DNA of 64,000 bases, from positions 322,663 to 386,662 of the forward strand of contig CALSSD010000003.1 in NCBI GenBank assembly GCA_943788915.1, in the 5' to 3' direction. Position numbers and translations under genes: made by a program. How positions within the stretch are numbered: position 1 is the stretch's first letter; every line of letters starts with the position of its first letter. This stretch comes from an uncultured Acidimicrobiales bacterium. GTDB taxonomy: Bacteria; Actinomycetota; Acidimicrobiia; Acidimicrobiales; UBA10347. The notes below the pieces were generated by a model, which did not search any database, was not told where the DNA came from, and saw only the letters and a program-made list of their open reading frames with translations. Positions 40,464 through 51,034 of the stretch are shown here, in pieces.

Positions 40464-42292
40464 CCAGCGTGCAAAGCCAACGTGGCAGTGCCGATCTGGC
40501 AGCGCGCCGCGGTCCTGGCAGCGGCGGCGCTCTCGGCACTGCATCCCGCGATGAAAATTCTGGCCGCACCTTCCGCCGTATTCTTGGTTATCTCGCCCCG
40601 TGGCGACTCCACATCATTACGGCCGCGGTGTTGGTCGTCGTGTCGTCTGTCGCTGCGCTGCTTGCGCCGTGGATCCAGGGCGTTGCCATCGACAACTTCA
40701 TCTCCGAACGCGACCGGGTAGGCCTGCGTTCAATCGTGCTGGTGCTGGTCGGCGTCTATCTGCTGGCCTGGGTCACGTCACTGATGTACAGCCGGTTGAT
40801 CGCTCGTATCGCGCAGCGTGTTATGGCCACGATGCGCCAGGACCTCTCGGCTCGGCTGCAAACGTTGTCCATGCGGTTCTTCGACCGCAACCGCACCGGC
40901 GATCTCATGAGTCGTGTCACCAACGACGTCGATTCGGTCGACCAGCTGCTGAGCCAGAACCTGCTCGCCATCTTCTGGGCATTCGTACAAATCGCAGCGT
41001 TGCTCACGATCATGATCGTGCTCGACTGGCGACTGACCCTGGCGGTACTCATCCCGATCCCGATGTCCATGTTTGTGGTCGCCCGCATCGGCAAGGCATC
41101 GGGCCCTCGTTTTGGGGCATACCAAGGAACCATCGGGCGCATGAACGGCATCGCCGAGGAGCGGCTGAGCGGCCAGCGCACCGTGATCGCCTTTGATCAA
41201 CAAGACCAGACCGAAGCCGAGTTCGCAGAGGTCAACGAGGCCACTCGGGCCCAGGGCATCCGAGCCCAGACGTTGACGTCGATCATGATGCCGTTCATGT
41301 TTGGCATCGGGAACCTCAGCACCGTTGCGGTAGTTGGTGTTGGCGCCTGGTTGGCTGTGGGCGACTACGGCGTATCCATCGGACTGATTGCCTCGTTTGT
41401 GACCTATGCCGGTCGCGTCGGTCAACCGCTCGGACGGATCGCTGGCACGATCACCTCGATCTATTCAGCACTTGCTGGCGGCACCCGGGTCTTCGAGCTG
41501 CTCGACGAAGAACCCGACCTACCAAACAAGGCTGGCGCACCCGAACTGCCGCCGGTCAAAGGCCGAGTCGTATTCGACAACGTCGACTTCTCTTACGTCG
41601 AGGGCGAACCGATTCTGCGCAACGTGAGTTTTGTTGCCGAACCAGGCCAGATGATTGGACTGGTCGGGCCAACCGGTGCTGGCAAGTCAACGATTATCAA
41701 TGTGTTGAATCGCTTCTACGACATCAGTTCCGGCAGTGTCACCGTCGATGGCCACGACATCCGCGACATCACCAAAGACTCGTTGCGCGGTCAACTGGGC
41801 ATCGTGCTGCAACGTACCTATCTGTTCACCGACACCGTGCGCAACAACATCAAGTTTGGCCGCCTCGATGCCACCGATGCCGAAATCGAAGATGCAGCCC
41901 GGCTGGCCAATGCCGACCACTTCATTCGGGCGCTCCCCCACGGCTACGACACCATCGTGTCCGAAGGCGGAAACAATCTGTCCCTCGGCCAACGTCAGCT
42001 GTTGGCCATTGCCCGAGCCGCATTGTCTGACCCTGCGCTGCTGGTGCTCGACGAAGCCACCAGCTCGGTCGACACTCGCACCGAACGTGCACTTCAGGAG
42101 GCGCTGCTGAATCTTATGGAGGGCCGAACCAGTTTCGTGATCGCCCACCGCCTTTCGACCGTGCGCGACGCGGACAAGATCCTGGTACTCCAGGATGGCC
42201 AGATCACCGAATCCGGCACCCACGACGAACTCCTCGAACGAGGTGGGTTCTACACCCAGCTCTACACCAGCCAGTTCCGGGGCAAGGGTTAG
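40460..42292 (+). CDS. Heterodimeric ABC exporter subunit B
   Basis: TMD + NBD; GPTGAGKS, LSLGQRQ, LDEATSSVD, IAHRLST. Confidence 0.93.
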   Translation: MTSVQSQRGSADLAARRGPGSGGALGTASRDENSGRTFRRILGYLAPWRLHIITAAVLVVVSSVAALLAPWIQGVAIDNFISERDRVGLRSIVLVLVGVYLLAWVTSLMYSRLIARIAQRVMATMRQDLSARLQTLSMRFFDRNRTGDLMSRVTNDVDSVDQLLSQNLLAIFWAFVQIAALLTIMIVLDWRLTLAVLIPIPMSMFVVARIGKASGPRFGAYQGTIGRMNGIAEERLSGQRTVIAFDQQDQTEAEFAEVNEATRAQGIRAQTLTSIMMPFMFGIGNLSTVAVVGVGAWLAVGDYGVSIGLIASFVTYAGRVGQPLGRIAGTITSIYSALAGGTRVFELLDEEPDLPNKAGAPELPPVKGRVVFDNVDFSYVEGEPILRNVSFVAEPGQMIGLVGPTGAGKSTIINVLNRFYDISSGSVTVDGHDIRDITKDSLRGQLGIVLQRTYLFTDTVRNNIKFGRLDATDAEIEDAARLANADHFIRALPHGYDTIVSEGGNNLSLGQRQLLAIARAALSDPALLVLDEATSSVDTRTERALQEALLNLMEGRTSFVIAHRLSTVRDADKILVLQDGQITESGTHDELLERGGFYTQLYTSQFRGKG

Positions 42293-42370
42293 TCCCCCTC
42301 TGCGACCAATCGGTTCACGTTGATCGAGTTGGGCACGTGATGGCCGCAGCTCTACGGTAGTTTTCTCGTC

Positions 42371-43537
42371 ATGAGTGATGCGCTTATGACACCGGGTTTC
42401 GGGTTGCTGCCAACCGAACTCGACTTCAACGAATTCGTCGCGATCTGTTCCGATCCGACTGGCGGAGTCGCCGTGCCTCATGCAGACGAGGTCGTGCAAG
42501 GTATTCCCATCTACGACGGTGACAGGCTGCGCTCTGCTAACCAGAACAACGCCTCCGTTCTCAAGCAGGAACTCGCCACCGTGTTCGGGGCTGGCGCAGG
42601 CGTCATCGCCATTCGGAATGCATGGAACGATGCACCGACGCTCGAGGCAATGACCAACGTGCTGCTGCAGATCGTCGAACGAGAACGCGCCGAAAAGGCA
42701 GACAGCTTCGACCACTTCGCCGCATCAGGCGCTAACAGTCGGGCATGGGACACTCTAGGCAAAGCGGCCAAACTCGATCCCGCTACCTATGTCGCTTACT
42801 ACGCCAATCCGGTGCTCTCGCTGGTCAGCGAGTCGTGGCTCGGACCAGCATTTCAGCTCACCGCTCAGGTAAACATCGTGCACCCCACAGGGGCTGCACA
42901 ATCGCCACACCGCGATTATCACTTGGGTTTCCTGAGCGATGACGAGGCCGCCCGTTACCCAGCGCATGTGCATCGCCTTTCCCAAGCGCTCACGCTGCAG
43001 GGCGCTGTGGTGCACACAGCTATGCCGATCGAAGCCGGACCCACCATGTTGCTGCCCGGTTCACAACGATTCCTGTCTGGTTATCTGGCATGGCGCGACG
43101 AGCGTTTCAAAGAATACTTCGCTGCCAACCAGGTGCAACTGGCGCTCGAGCCAGGCGATGCAGTGTTCTTCAACCCCGGCCTGCACCATGGCGCAGGCGA
43201 GAATCGAACCACCGACATCGATCGTATGGGCAACCTGTTGCAGATTTCGTCTGCGTTTGGGGTGCCGATGGAAGCCGTGGATTGGCCAGGAATCGCTATC
43301 GCCACCTACCCCGTGCTGCAACAGATCGCCGATTCCGGACAGGTCACCGACGACCATATTGCGGTGTGCGCATCGGGATACCCGTGGCCAAGCAACCTCG
43401 ACACCGACCCGTCTACGGCCGGTCTTGCTCCGCCGAGTATGCAGGCGATCATGCGCCAAGCACTCGCTGGCGGCACAACGCCCCAGGACTTCGCCAATGC
43501 CATGGCTGCACTAACCGAGCGCCGCAAACCCTATTAG
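42371..43537 (+). CDS. Phytanoyl-CoA dioxygenase (PhyH) family protein
   Basis: PHRDYHLG (HxD), GPTMLLPGSQ, GDAVFFNPGLHHGAG. Confidence 0.88.
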   Translation: MSDALMTPGFGLLPTELDFNEFVAICSDPTGGVAVPHADEVVQGIPIYDGDRLRSANQNNASVLKQELATVFGAGAGVIAIRNAWNDAPTLEAMTNVLLQIVERERAEKADSFDHFAASGANSRAWDTLGKAAKLDPATYVAYYANPVLSLVSESWLGPAFQLTAQVNIVHPTGAAQSPHRDYHLGFLSDDEAARYPAHVHRLSQALTLQGAVVHTAMPIEAGPTMLLPGSQRFLSGYLAWRDERFKEYFAANQVQLALEPGDAVFFNPGLHHGAGENRTTDIDRMGNLLQISSAFGVPMEAVDWPGIAIATYPVLQQIADSGQVTDDHIAVCASGYPWPSNLDTDPSTAGLAPPSMQAIMRQALAGGTTPQDFANAMAALTERRKPY

Positions 43538-43587
43538 CTATGGGACGAAGGACGTGCACCACGTACACGTCTCGTAGCCAGGACGAG

Positions 43588-44076
43588 TTAACCCGAGCGT
43601 TGGCTTTTAGCGAACAGCACTGAGCGCAAGATGTCGCTGGGCGTGAACCGACCGATTGGGCCGGTTGCATAGACCGCTGTGGCCACGGTGCCTTCAGGAG
43701 TCAGTAGGAAACCTGTGGCGTGCAGAAAGGTCCGATCGCCGCTCTGCATAAACGCACCAGTTGCCTCGGCGACCGCAGCGGCGTCGACCTCGGCGAACAT
43801 CGGGAACCCGACGCGCAACCCTTCTTTGAGTTCGGTTGTCTGCTCGACGGAGTCAACCGAGGCGGCAACCACCTTGATACCAGCGTCGATAAATGGGCCA
43901 GCGTGCACTGCGAAGTCAACCAACTGTTGACGACAGTACGGTCACCAGTGTCCTCGGAAAAACTGCACGACCGCCCAGTCGCCTGCGACCGACGAGACAA
44001 TGTCGACATCGTTGCCGTCGACGTCCTTACCAATAATCGACGGCATGACGTCGCCGGAATTTAGTTGAGTAGCCAT
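43588..44076 (-). CDS. Peroxiredoxin-like AhpC/TSA protein, probable selenoprotein (UPYC)
   Basis: ATG 44076; VVQFFRGHW-TGA(43942-43944)-PYCRQQL continues in frame into VVAASVDS...HATGFLL...GPIGR; 162 aa with read-through. Confidence 0.82.
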
Positions 44077-44124
44077 CAGGCGTCCTTCTTCAGATCGGTC
44101 GTTGTTTTGGCTGTGCAGCTCACC

Positions 44125-44943
44125 CTAGATCGGGACGGCAATCGCCACCGTGTTTGACTCATAGCTGTTGCGCTGATAGTTGAACGCCCCACCACAGGTG
44201 ATGAGCGCGAGCTGTTCCTTGCCATCGCGAGCCCACAATGATTCAGGCAACGCTTCCTTCACGTATTCGGTGACCTCGTCGATCCGATAACGTTGGTTGG
44301 TCTCATCGTCGAATCCAATGACCACCACGGCACCAATTTCTACGTTCTCGAGATAACGAAATACCCCATCGACGCCGTTGAAGGCGATGTGTGCGGCCAG
44401 CACGGCTGAGCCAGCCTCACCTGGGGTTGGACCAAACTCGTACCAACCAACCTGGTCAGCTGGCGGAACTTCAAACGAGAGGTCGTCTGGGTTGACTCCA
44501 ACCGGGATGATGGCGGCATCGCTGACATTGATGTTCTCGATGGCGATTGATACCGGTTGGCGGCCGGAAGGTGCTGTGTCGAACAGGCTGTCGAAGCCAA
44601 TGGGAGCTCGTGGAAGTTCGGTGTCAGCCAACGCTATTGGGTGTGGCGTAGGCGTTGGTTTGGGCTCGGCTGCAATGGCTGGGACCGCAGTCGGCACCAC
44701 GGCTGGTGTTGGCTCACCTGGCGGCTCAGGGGCCGGCTCAGCTGTTGCCATTGCCGTTGTGTCGCCGTTGCCGTTGCCGTCGACAGACATCACTCGCTCG
44801 GTGGTTCTCGGGACTGTGTCGCCGGAGCACGCGGTTGCGGCAACTGCCATCAACACCAGGCACAGAACCACTCGGCAGAGAACGCGAGGACGGCGCCGAC
44901 GTTGAGGCCTGGTTGGCAATACGTCGGCGCCGTTCTTCGTCAT
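44125..44943 (-). CDS. Class F sortase
   Basis: VGWYEFGPTPGEAGSAVLAAH, LALITCGG, YESNTVA. Confidence 0.9.
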   Translation of the reverse strand: MTKNGADVLPTRPQRRRRPRVLCRVVLCLVLMAVAATACSGDTVPRTTERVMSVDGNGNGDTTAMATAEPAPEPPGEPTPAVVPTAVPAIAAEPKPTPTPHPIALADTELPRAPIGFDSLFDTAPSGRQPVSIAIENINVSDAAIIPVGVNPDDLSFEVPPADQVGWYEFGPTPGEAGSAVLAAHIAFNGVDGVFRYLENVEIGAVVVIGFDDETNQRYRIDEVTEYVKEALPESLWARDGKEQLALITCGGAFNYQRNSYESNTVAIAVPI

Positions 44944-44970
44944 GATGATGTTGTCAGTCGGTTCGTAGGG

Positions 44971-45768
44971 TCAGTCGCGGGTGCGAGCCACGGCAGGAAC
45001 AGCAACCGCTGCAGCCAGTGCGATTCCAACGAAGGCGACCAGGCCGAAGTTGAGACCAGTCTGTGCGGCTTCGACTGGGCTATTGCCAGTGTTTACGGCT
45101 GATGGAGCAGAACCGAGACCACTGATTGATTCGGTCAGCACTGTCAATGAACCAGCATCGAGTGAACCAACGGCGTAAACGATCAGGCTGGCACCTTCGG
45201 TAATGGGAAGATCAGCAGGGCCGATAACAACAGGGGCGGTTTCGCCAGTTGGTACGACAGATGCAGAGATCGTTCCGGCGGGAAGATCAGCGCCGCCACC
45301 GGCGCCGTTTGGCACGTTGGCGAATGCGACGTCACCGTTGGCTAGGACATCGACGGCAGGCGCTGCCGCAGCGTGGCGAACGGTCAACCGGCCGCTACCT
45401 GCAGCGATCGACGAGGTGTCGTTCTGGAATACCGCAATGGCAGGAGTACCCGACGCATCGAGGTGGGCAACGATCGTGAAGTTGCCTGATGAAGGGAGTG
45501 CAACGTCACCGGCGTCGATTGCCACGGTGTCAGTACCGGCCAGCTTGACCTTTACGCCTTCGAGGGTCGCACCAGCGAAGCCGGAGAGATCTTGGGTGTC
45601 GCCGAAGGAGAAACCTTCGAAGACGTTTGCGCCGCCGGCTTCGACATCGACATCGGTGTCGGGAATACCGTGCAATAGGTGAATACGTGCATCTTGCGCA
45701 GATGCAGGAGATGCCATCGCAATTGTTGCGAGTGCGAGAACCATGAGTGCTGAGAATAACTTGCGCAT
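44971..45768 (-). CDS. DUF4397 secreted protein with C-terminal sorting signal
   Basis: Signal peptide, LLHGIPDTDVDV, RLTVRHAAAAPAVDV, PSAVNTG + TM + RTRD. Confidence 0.88.
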   Translation of the reverse strand: MRKLFSALMVLALATIAMASPASAQDARIHLLHGIPDTDVDVEAGGANVFEGFSFGDTQDLSGFAGATLEGVKVKLAGTDTVAIDAGDVALPSSGNFTIVAHLDASGTPAIAVFQNDTSSIAAGSGRLTVRHAAAAPAVDVLANGDVAFANVPNGAGGGADLPAGTISASVVPTGETAPVVIGPADLPITEGASLIVYAVGSLDAGSLTVLTESISGLGSAPSAVNTGNSPVEAAQTGLNFGLVAFVGIALAAAVAVPAVARTRD

Positions 45769-45801
45769 GGAAGAGGCGCCTTTCAATTGGGTACCCCCGA
45801 C

Positions 45802-45899
45802 TACGACCCGATCCCCGACTTGGATGCACCCCAGGTAAGGAAATTTGTGATTCGTGGTTTTTCTCCCCTCACTGCATCCAAACCCATGATCTGGGCGAA
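45802..45899. promoter_or_regulatory. Pair of divergent ECF (SigK-type) promoters
   Basis: Plus: CATCC(45875-79)-16nt-CGAA(45896-99); minus: CATCC(45826-22)-16nt-CGTA(45805-02). Confidence 0.6.
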
Positions 45900-45908
45900 T
45901 AACGGTTT

Positions 45909-46523
45909 GTGTCAGTTGTTCCTCTCACATCAAATCGACCCATAGTTGACTCGTTATCGATCAGTTTCGATGTACCGTCAACGGTTGTGCCGACCGTAAA
46001 CGCGATCGAAGACGCTTTTCGCTCCGGCAGTGAACCCGGACTTGCTGCGGCCTACGAAGCACACGGTTCGCTCGTCCACACACTTTGTGCTCGAGCCCAT
46101 CCCAAAGCTGCTGCCGACATCACCCAAGAAGTTTTCTTGGCTGCGTGGAAAGCCCGTGATCGTTTCGACCCGAGTCGTGGCCCACTCGCCGCCTGGCTCG
46201 TCGGAATCACCAAGAATAAGATTGTCGATGCCTACCGCAAGGACGGCCGCCAGGTTCCCGAAGCCCACGACGCTGACGGTTCTCGGGTCGAACGTGTGCC
46301 CGAAGATCGTGCGCCGATCGACCACCTGGCTGACAAGCTGTTGGTAACCGAAGCGCTTACCACCCTGCCCGACCGAGCTCGCCAGATCGTGCAGCTTGCG
46401 TTCTACGAAGACCTCACCCACGAACAGATCGCCGAACAAACAAACGTCCCTCTAGGGACTGTCAAGAGCGATATACGTCGCGGACTTGCCCGGCTTCGTC
46501 GCTATCTTGAGGCGGCAGCATGA
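45909..46523 (+). CDS. ECF RNA polymerase sigma factor (SigK-like)
   Basis: DITQEVFLAAW...FDPSRG..AAWL; LAFYEDLTHEQIA....PLGTVKSDIRRGL. Confidence 0.93.
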   Translation: MSVVPLTSNRPIVDSLSISFDVPSTVVPTVNAIEDAFRSGSEPGLAAAYEAHGSLVHTLCARAHPKAAADITQEVFLAAWKARDRFDPSRGPLAAWLVGITKNKIVDAYRKDGRQVPEAHDADGSRVERVPEDRAPIDHLADKLLVTEALTTLPDRARQIVQLAFYEDLTHEQIAEQTNVPLGTVKSDIRRGLARLRRYLEAAA

Positions 46524-47152
46524 ATATTCCCACCCGCGATATGGCAGATTTCAGCGACGACGACATTGTCGAAATCGCTCGCGCCGTTGAATCACACGAC
46601 TTCGATCGTATTGCCCCGCCGCCACAGGTGTGGAACAACATCTTGGCCGATCTCGAGGTTGAGGTCGCCACCCAAGAAGCTTCTGCTCGGCGCCACACCC
46701 GCAGCCGATTCTCCTCGACCCGCATTCTGTCGATCGCCGCTGCGACCCTCTTGATGGTGGGGGTCGCGGTTGCGATTGTTAACACCAGCGCCGGCGACAC
46801 GGCAGTGACCGAAGTCGCGAACGCCATGATGACCGACGACGGTCTGCCCGTTTCAACAAGCGCTACCGCTGATGCCTACGTTCGTTGCGAAGATGAACAA
46901 TGTTTCGTTCAGGTCGACCTGAGCGCTTTGCCAGAGAGCGGCGCCGATGATCTTGAGCTGTGGGTAATCAACAGCGACGTCAGCGACATGCATTCACTGG
47001 GGAATGTCACAAGCAGCGACGGCCGGTTCGACCTACCGGCAGGCGTGAACGCAACCGACTTCCCCATCGTCGACATTTCGATTGAGCCCGACGACGGCGA
47101 CGAAACGCACAGTGGCCAGAGTGTGTTACGCGGCGTGTTCGCCCAGCCGTAA
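46520..47152 (+). CDS. Anti-sigma factor (RskA-like)
   Basis: APPPQVWNNI, single TM, ELWVI, VDISIEPDDGDETHSGQSVLRG; ATGA overlap with sigma. Confidence 0.85.
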   Translation: MNIPTRDMADFSDDDIVEIARAVESHDFDRIAPPPQVWNNILADLEVEVATQEASARRHTRSRFSSTRILSIAAATLLMVGVAVAIVNTSAGDTAVTEVANAMMTDDGLPVSTSATADAYVRCEDEQCFVQVDLSALPESGADDLELWVINSDVSDMHSLGNVTSSDGRFDLPAGVNATDFPIVDISIEPDDGDETHSGQSVLRGVFAQP

Positions 47153-47218
47153 CCGGACAAATAAACTGGTTGCGGTTCAGGTTTTCGCAGCGTGGTCTCA
47201 GGCCTTACCCTCTGACCT

Positions 47219-48466
47219 ATGGCAAACGACGAAATGGCTGAACTCGAGTCCTGGCTCGAAACAAACTGGGACGCCTCTCTAACTGTTGGCGAGTGGTGGC
47301 AGATCCTTGCCGAGAGCGGTTACGCAAAACCGAGCCTTCCTGAGCATGCCTATGGCAAGGGTTGGGGCAACGCTCAAGAAACCCAGGCCATGCGCATGAT
47401 GGCGTCGATGGACATTCTCGGCCCGCCTCCTGGTTTGGGTTTCATGCTGGCTGCACCCACCATCGCAGCGCACGGCACGCAGGCACAGATCGATCGTTAC
47501 ATCCCTCAGATTCTGAATGGCCAAGAGGCCTGGTGTCAGCTGTTCTCCGAGCCAGTCGCCGGTTCTGACCTTGCTGGCCTGCAGACCAAGGGTGAACAAG
47601 ACGGCGACGAATGGCATGTGACCGGCCAAAAGGTTTGGACATCACAAGGCCACGCTGCTGACCTGGGCATGCTCGTCGCTCGTACTGACCCGACCGCACC
47701 AAAACACCGCGGCATGTCCTACTTCGCGGTCGACATGCACCAAGACGGTGTCGATGTGCGCCCGCTCAAAGAAATGACCGGACGCACCTTCTTTAGCGAA
47801 GTGTTCATGGACAATGCCGTCGTGAGTAACGACGACCGTATTGGTGACATGGGCGATGGCTGGCGGGTTGCCAACACCACCCTGACTGTCGAACGCACGT
47901 CGATCGGCACCGGCTCCACCGGTGTTGCCATGGCGGCTCCGGGCAAGAGGATGAACTCGTTTGGTCGCATCGCCGGCGACGTCGTCCGGGCGTCGAAGGA
48001 GAGCCGGGCCGAAGGTCATGCTCCGGGTGTGGGCATGAAACTGTTTGACCGTTATGTCGAAATGGCTCGAAAACTCGGACATACCGAAGAACCTGTCATG
48101 CGCCAAGACCTCATGAAGCTCTACACCATGTTGCAGGTCAACCGGTTGAACATGCAACGCGCCCGGGTCAAGAACCAGCGCACCGGCGGTGAACCCAACA
48201 TTGGCAAGTTGTGGAACGGTGAACATCATCGCCAGTTTCGCGACATCGGCCTCAGGATCATCGGCGCCGACGGCATGCTGGCTCCGTCCGCATCGATGAC
48301 CGATCCAGCCGTCGTCAACGTGGCGTTGAATGCCCAGGCACCACCGATCTACGGCGGCACCGATCAGATCCAGCGCAACATCATCGGCGAGCGTGTCCTT
48401 GGGTTGCCCAAGGAACCCGGCCACGACCGCAACACTCCATTCAACGAGCTGCCAAAGAACGTCTGA
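47219..48466 (+). CDS. Acyl-CoA dehydrogenase
   Basis: WCQLFSEPVAGSDLAGL, GQKVWTS, IYGGTDQIQRNIIGERVLGLP. Confidence 0.94.
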   Translation: MANDEMAELESWLETNWDASLTVGEWWQILAESGYAKPSLPEHAYGKGWGNAQETQAMRMMASMDILGPPPGLGFMLAAPTIAAHGTQAQIDRYIPQILNGQEAWCQLFSEPVAGSDLAGLQTKGEQDGDEWHVTGQKVWTSQGHAADLGMLVARTDPTAPKHRGMSYFAVDMHQDGVDVRPLKEMTGRTFFSEVFMDNAVVSNDDRIGDMGDGWRVANTTLTVERTSIGTGSTGVAMAAPGKRMNSFGRIAGDVVRASKESRAEGHAPGVGMKLFDRYVEMARKLGHTEEPVMRQDLMKLYTMLQVNRLNMQRARVKNQRTGGEPNIGKLWNGEHHRQFRDIGLRIIGADGMLAPSASMTDPAVVNVALNAQAPPIYGGTDQIQRNIIGERVLGLPKEPGHDRNTPFNELPKNV

Positions 48467-48499
48467 CGGTCGCTCTGGGCTCTAGGCCCATCGATTCGC

Positions 48500-48967
48500 C
48501 TAGGGGCGTTTGAACATCAACGCATTTCGTACTGCGCTGCAGACCAGGACGTCGTCTTGGTTGAAAGCTCGGTGTTCGAACGTGACGATGCCGCGGTCAA
48601 GCTGCGACTTCGACGCCCGTGCGGCGAGCACTTCGGTCTCGGCATGGATGGTGTCGCCGTGGAAGACCGGCGCAGGGAACTTAACGGCGTCGAACCCTAG
48701 GTTGGCCACGGTCGTGCCATGGGTTAACTCATGCACCGACAGGCCGACGAGCAGCGCAACGGTGTACATCGAGTTCACCAGCACCTTGCCGAACTGAGTT
48801 GTTGATGCATAATCCGCGTCAAGATGCAACGGCGCCGGATTCATCGTCGACACGGTGAATCCAACATTGTCGGATTCGGTCACCGTGCGGGTCAGCGCAT
48901 GCTGCACCACCAGTCCTGGTTCGAGCTCCTCGAGCCACATACCTTTTGGAAGTATTTCACGAGCCAT
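48500..48967 (-). CDS. MaoC family dehydratase
   Basis: RTVTESDN..F...[27 protein letters not shown]. Confidence 0.92.
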   Translation of the reverse strand: MAREILPKGMWLEELEPGLVVQHALTRTVTESDNVGFTVSTMNPAPLHLDADYASTTQFGKVLVNSMYTVALLVGLSVHELTHGTTVANLGFDAVKFPAPVFHGDTIHAETEVLAARASKSQLDRGIVTFEHRAFNQDDVLVCSAVRNALMFKRP

Positions 48968-49013
48968 ATTGCCTCCTCGAAAAGTTATGTCCCCCTGGGG
49001 ACGTAACTTTTGG

Positions 49014-49883
49014 TTAGTCGTTGCGGGGGTCGATGCCTGCGGCGGCAAGGATCTGACGGGCTTGTTCGGCGAGTGGTTCATCGACCATCGAACCTTCGAA
49101 GTCAATCGCGGCTACGCCAGCGGCAATACCGATGTCGTAGGCGGCGAGCAGCCGTTCGGCTCGTTCGATCTCGGCCTCGGTGGGTGTGAAACCGGCGTTG
49201 GCGAGAGCGACCTGGTCGGGATGAATGCACAACTTGCCAGCGAAGCCCATGGCACGGGCCTCGAAGGCCTCGAGTGACATGCGATCGTTGTCACGGAAGT
49301 TGGCCACGATCTGATCGATAACCGGCGTTTGGGCCAGACGGCTGGCCTGGGCGATCGATGCTCGAGCGAACTGCACTTCAATGTTGTTCTGTGTGCGGAC
49401 ACCACCAAGATCCGCAATGTAGTCTTCGGCACCGAAGTACCCGCCAATGACCTGACCGTGAGCGAGCAGGTGTCGTGCGTCGGCGACACCACGTGCGGTT
49501 TCGAGTCCGGCAACGATGCCCAGATGGCCGAGGTCCGCTGCTGCGAGCGCCTTGGCGCACTGGTCAAGGCCTTCGAGCGTTTCGACCATGGGCACCACTA
49601 CACCCGCGAGGTTCTCGTGGAGGCCGAACGAAATGTCGTCGCTGAACCACGGCGTACCGGGCGGATTCACTCGAACAAAGATGTCGCTGCCGTGACCCAT
49701 AATGGTCGGTGCAAGGTCGGCTGCGTTAGAGCGACCGGCAGCCTTTTGACTGACCGGTGTTGCGTCTTCGCAGTCGATCACGATGCCATCAGCGCCGGTT
49801 CGTAGTGTCTTGGGAATCAGATCATCACGGACCGCTGGAGCGAAGAGCAGCGACCGCATGCGGGAAAGAGGTGTAGGTTCCAT
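49014..49883 (-). CDS. CitE-like CoA ester lyase
   Basis: [39 protein letters not shown]. Confidence 0.9.
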   Translation of the reverse strand: MEPTPLSRMRSLLFAPAVRDDLIPKTLRTGADGIVIDCEDATPVSQKAAGRSNAADLAPTIMGHGSDIFVRVNPPGTPWFSDDISFGLHENLAGVVVPMVETLEGLDQCAKALAAADLGHLGIVAGLETARGVADARHLLAHGQVIGGYFGAEDYIADLGGVRTQNNIEVQFARASIAQASRLAQTPVIDQIVANFRDNDRMSLEAFEARAMGFAGKLCIHPDQVALANAGFTPTEAEIERAERLLAAYDIGIAAGVAAIDFEGSMVDEPLAEQARQILAAAGIDPRND

Positions 49884-51034
49884 TAGATCGAAGCGTAGGA
49901 GCGCTTGGCGACTTCTTCCAGCATGACCTCGGTAGCACCGCCGCCGATCGGCAGGATGCGGGCATCGCGAGACATACGCTCGATCGCTGACTCACGCATA
50001 TACCCCATGCCGCCGTGGAACTGTAGGCAGTCGTACATGACCTCGTTCACAATTTCACAGCCAAACGCCTTGGCGCCAGACATCTCTTTCACGTTGTCTT
50101 CGCCCTGATCACCAAGCCACGCTGCGTGGTACATCGACGCACGAGCCGCATCAACCTTGGCCTGATTCATGGCCATACGCTGTCGAATCGCACCAAGGTC
50201 AAACAGGTGACCGCCAAACGCCGGCCGGTTCTGGCAGTACTCGTTCGTCATATCGATGGCTGCCTGGGCTGCGCCAACACCCATGCCAATGAGCACCATA
50301 CGTTCGTTCTGGAAGTTCTTCATGGTCTCGTAGAAGCCACGATGCGGGGTGCCTAACAACATGTCGTCAGGAACGAACACGTTGTCGAGTGTCAGTTCAG
50401 CGGTGTCGCTGCAGAGCCAGCCATGTTTGTCGAGTTTCTTCGCTACCGAGAAACCCTCGGTACCGGCAGGAACAAGGAACATCGAGATGCCGTACTTGTT
50501 GTCGTCGGTACGCGCTGCGACGATCGTCATATCGCCGTATACACCGTTGGTGATGAACGTCTTTGTGCCGTTGATGCGCCATCCGTCGCCGTCCTTCACG
50601 GCCTTCGAACGGATACCAGCCACGTCGGATCCTGCATCCGGCTCGCTCACGCCGATCGACAGGATGAACTCGCCAGTGAGCATGCCGGGAACGTACTTGG
50701 CTAGCTGTTCAGCGGATCCCGAATTGATCAGGTGAGGCCCGGCCATATCGGTGTGCACCAATGCCGTGACTTCGAAACCAGCGAACGTGGACGCGCCTAG
50801 GGCCTCGCTGAAGGTTGCCGATGCCAGGTAACCCATTCCTAGGCCGCCGAGTTCCTCGGGGACCCGGAGGCTGAACATACCCAACGAACCCATCTTGCGA
50901 AGGACCTCGCGGGGCACCTTGCCATCGTGTTCCCACTGTTCGCCGTGGGGTTTCACCTCGTTGGACACGAAGTCAACGACCTGCTCGTAGATCGCTTGTA
51001 GTTCGTCGGTCATGTAGATATTGCGGTTGCTCAT
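49883..51034 (-). CDS. Acyl-CoA dehydrogenase
   Basis: VSEPDAGSDVAGI, NGTKTFITNG, LQFHGGMGYM, IGGGATEVM. Confidence 0.94.
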   Translation of the reverse strand: MSNRNIYMTDELQAIYEQVVDFVSNEVKPHGEQWEHDGKVPREVLRKMGSLGMFSLRVPEELGGLGMGYLASATFSEALGASTFAGFEVTALVHTDMAGPHLINSGSAEQLAKYVPGMLTGEFILSIGVSEPDAGSDVAGIRSKAVKDGDGWRINGTKTFITNGVYGDMTIVAARTDDNKYGISMFLVPAGTEGFSVAKKLDKHGWLCSDTAELTLDNVFVPDDMLLGTPHRGFYETMKNFQNERMVLIGMGVGAAQAAIDMTNEYCQNRPAFGGHLFDLGAIRQRMAMNQAKVDAARASMYHAAWLGDQGEDNVKEMSGAKAFGCEIVNEVMYDCLQFHGGMGYMRESAIERMSRDARILPIGGGATEVMLEEVAKRSYASI

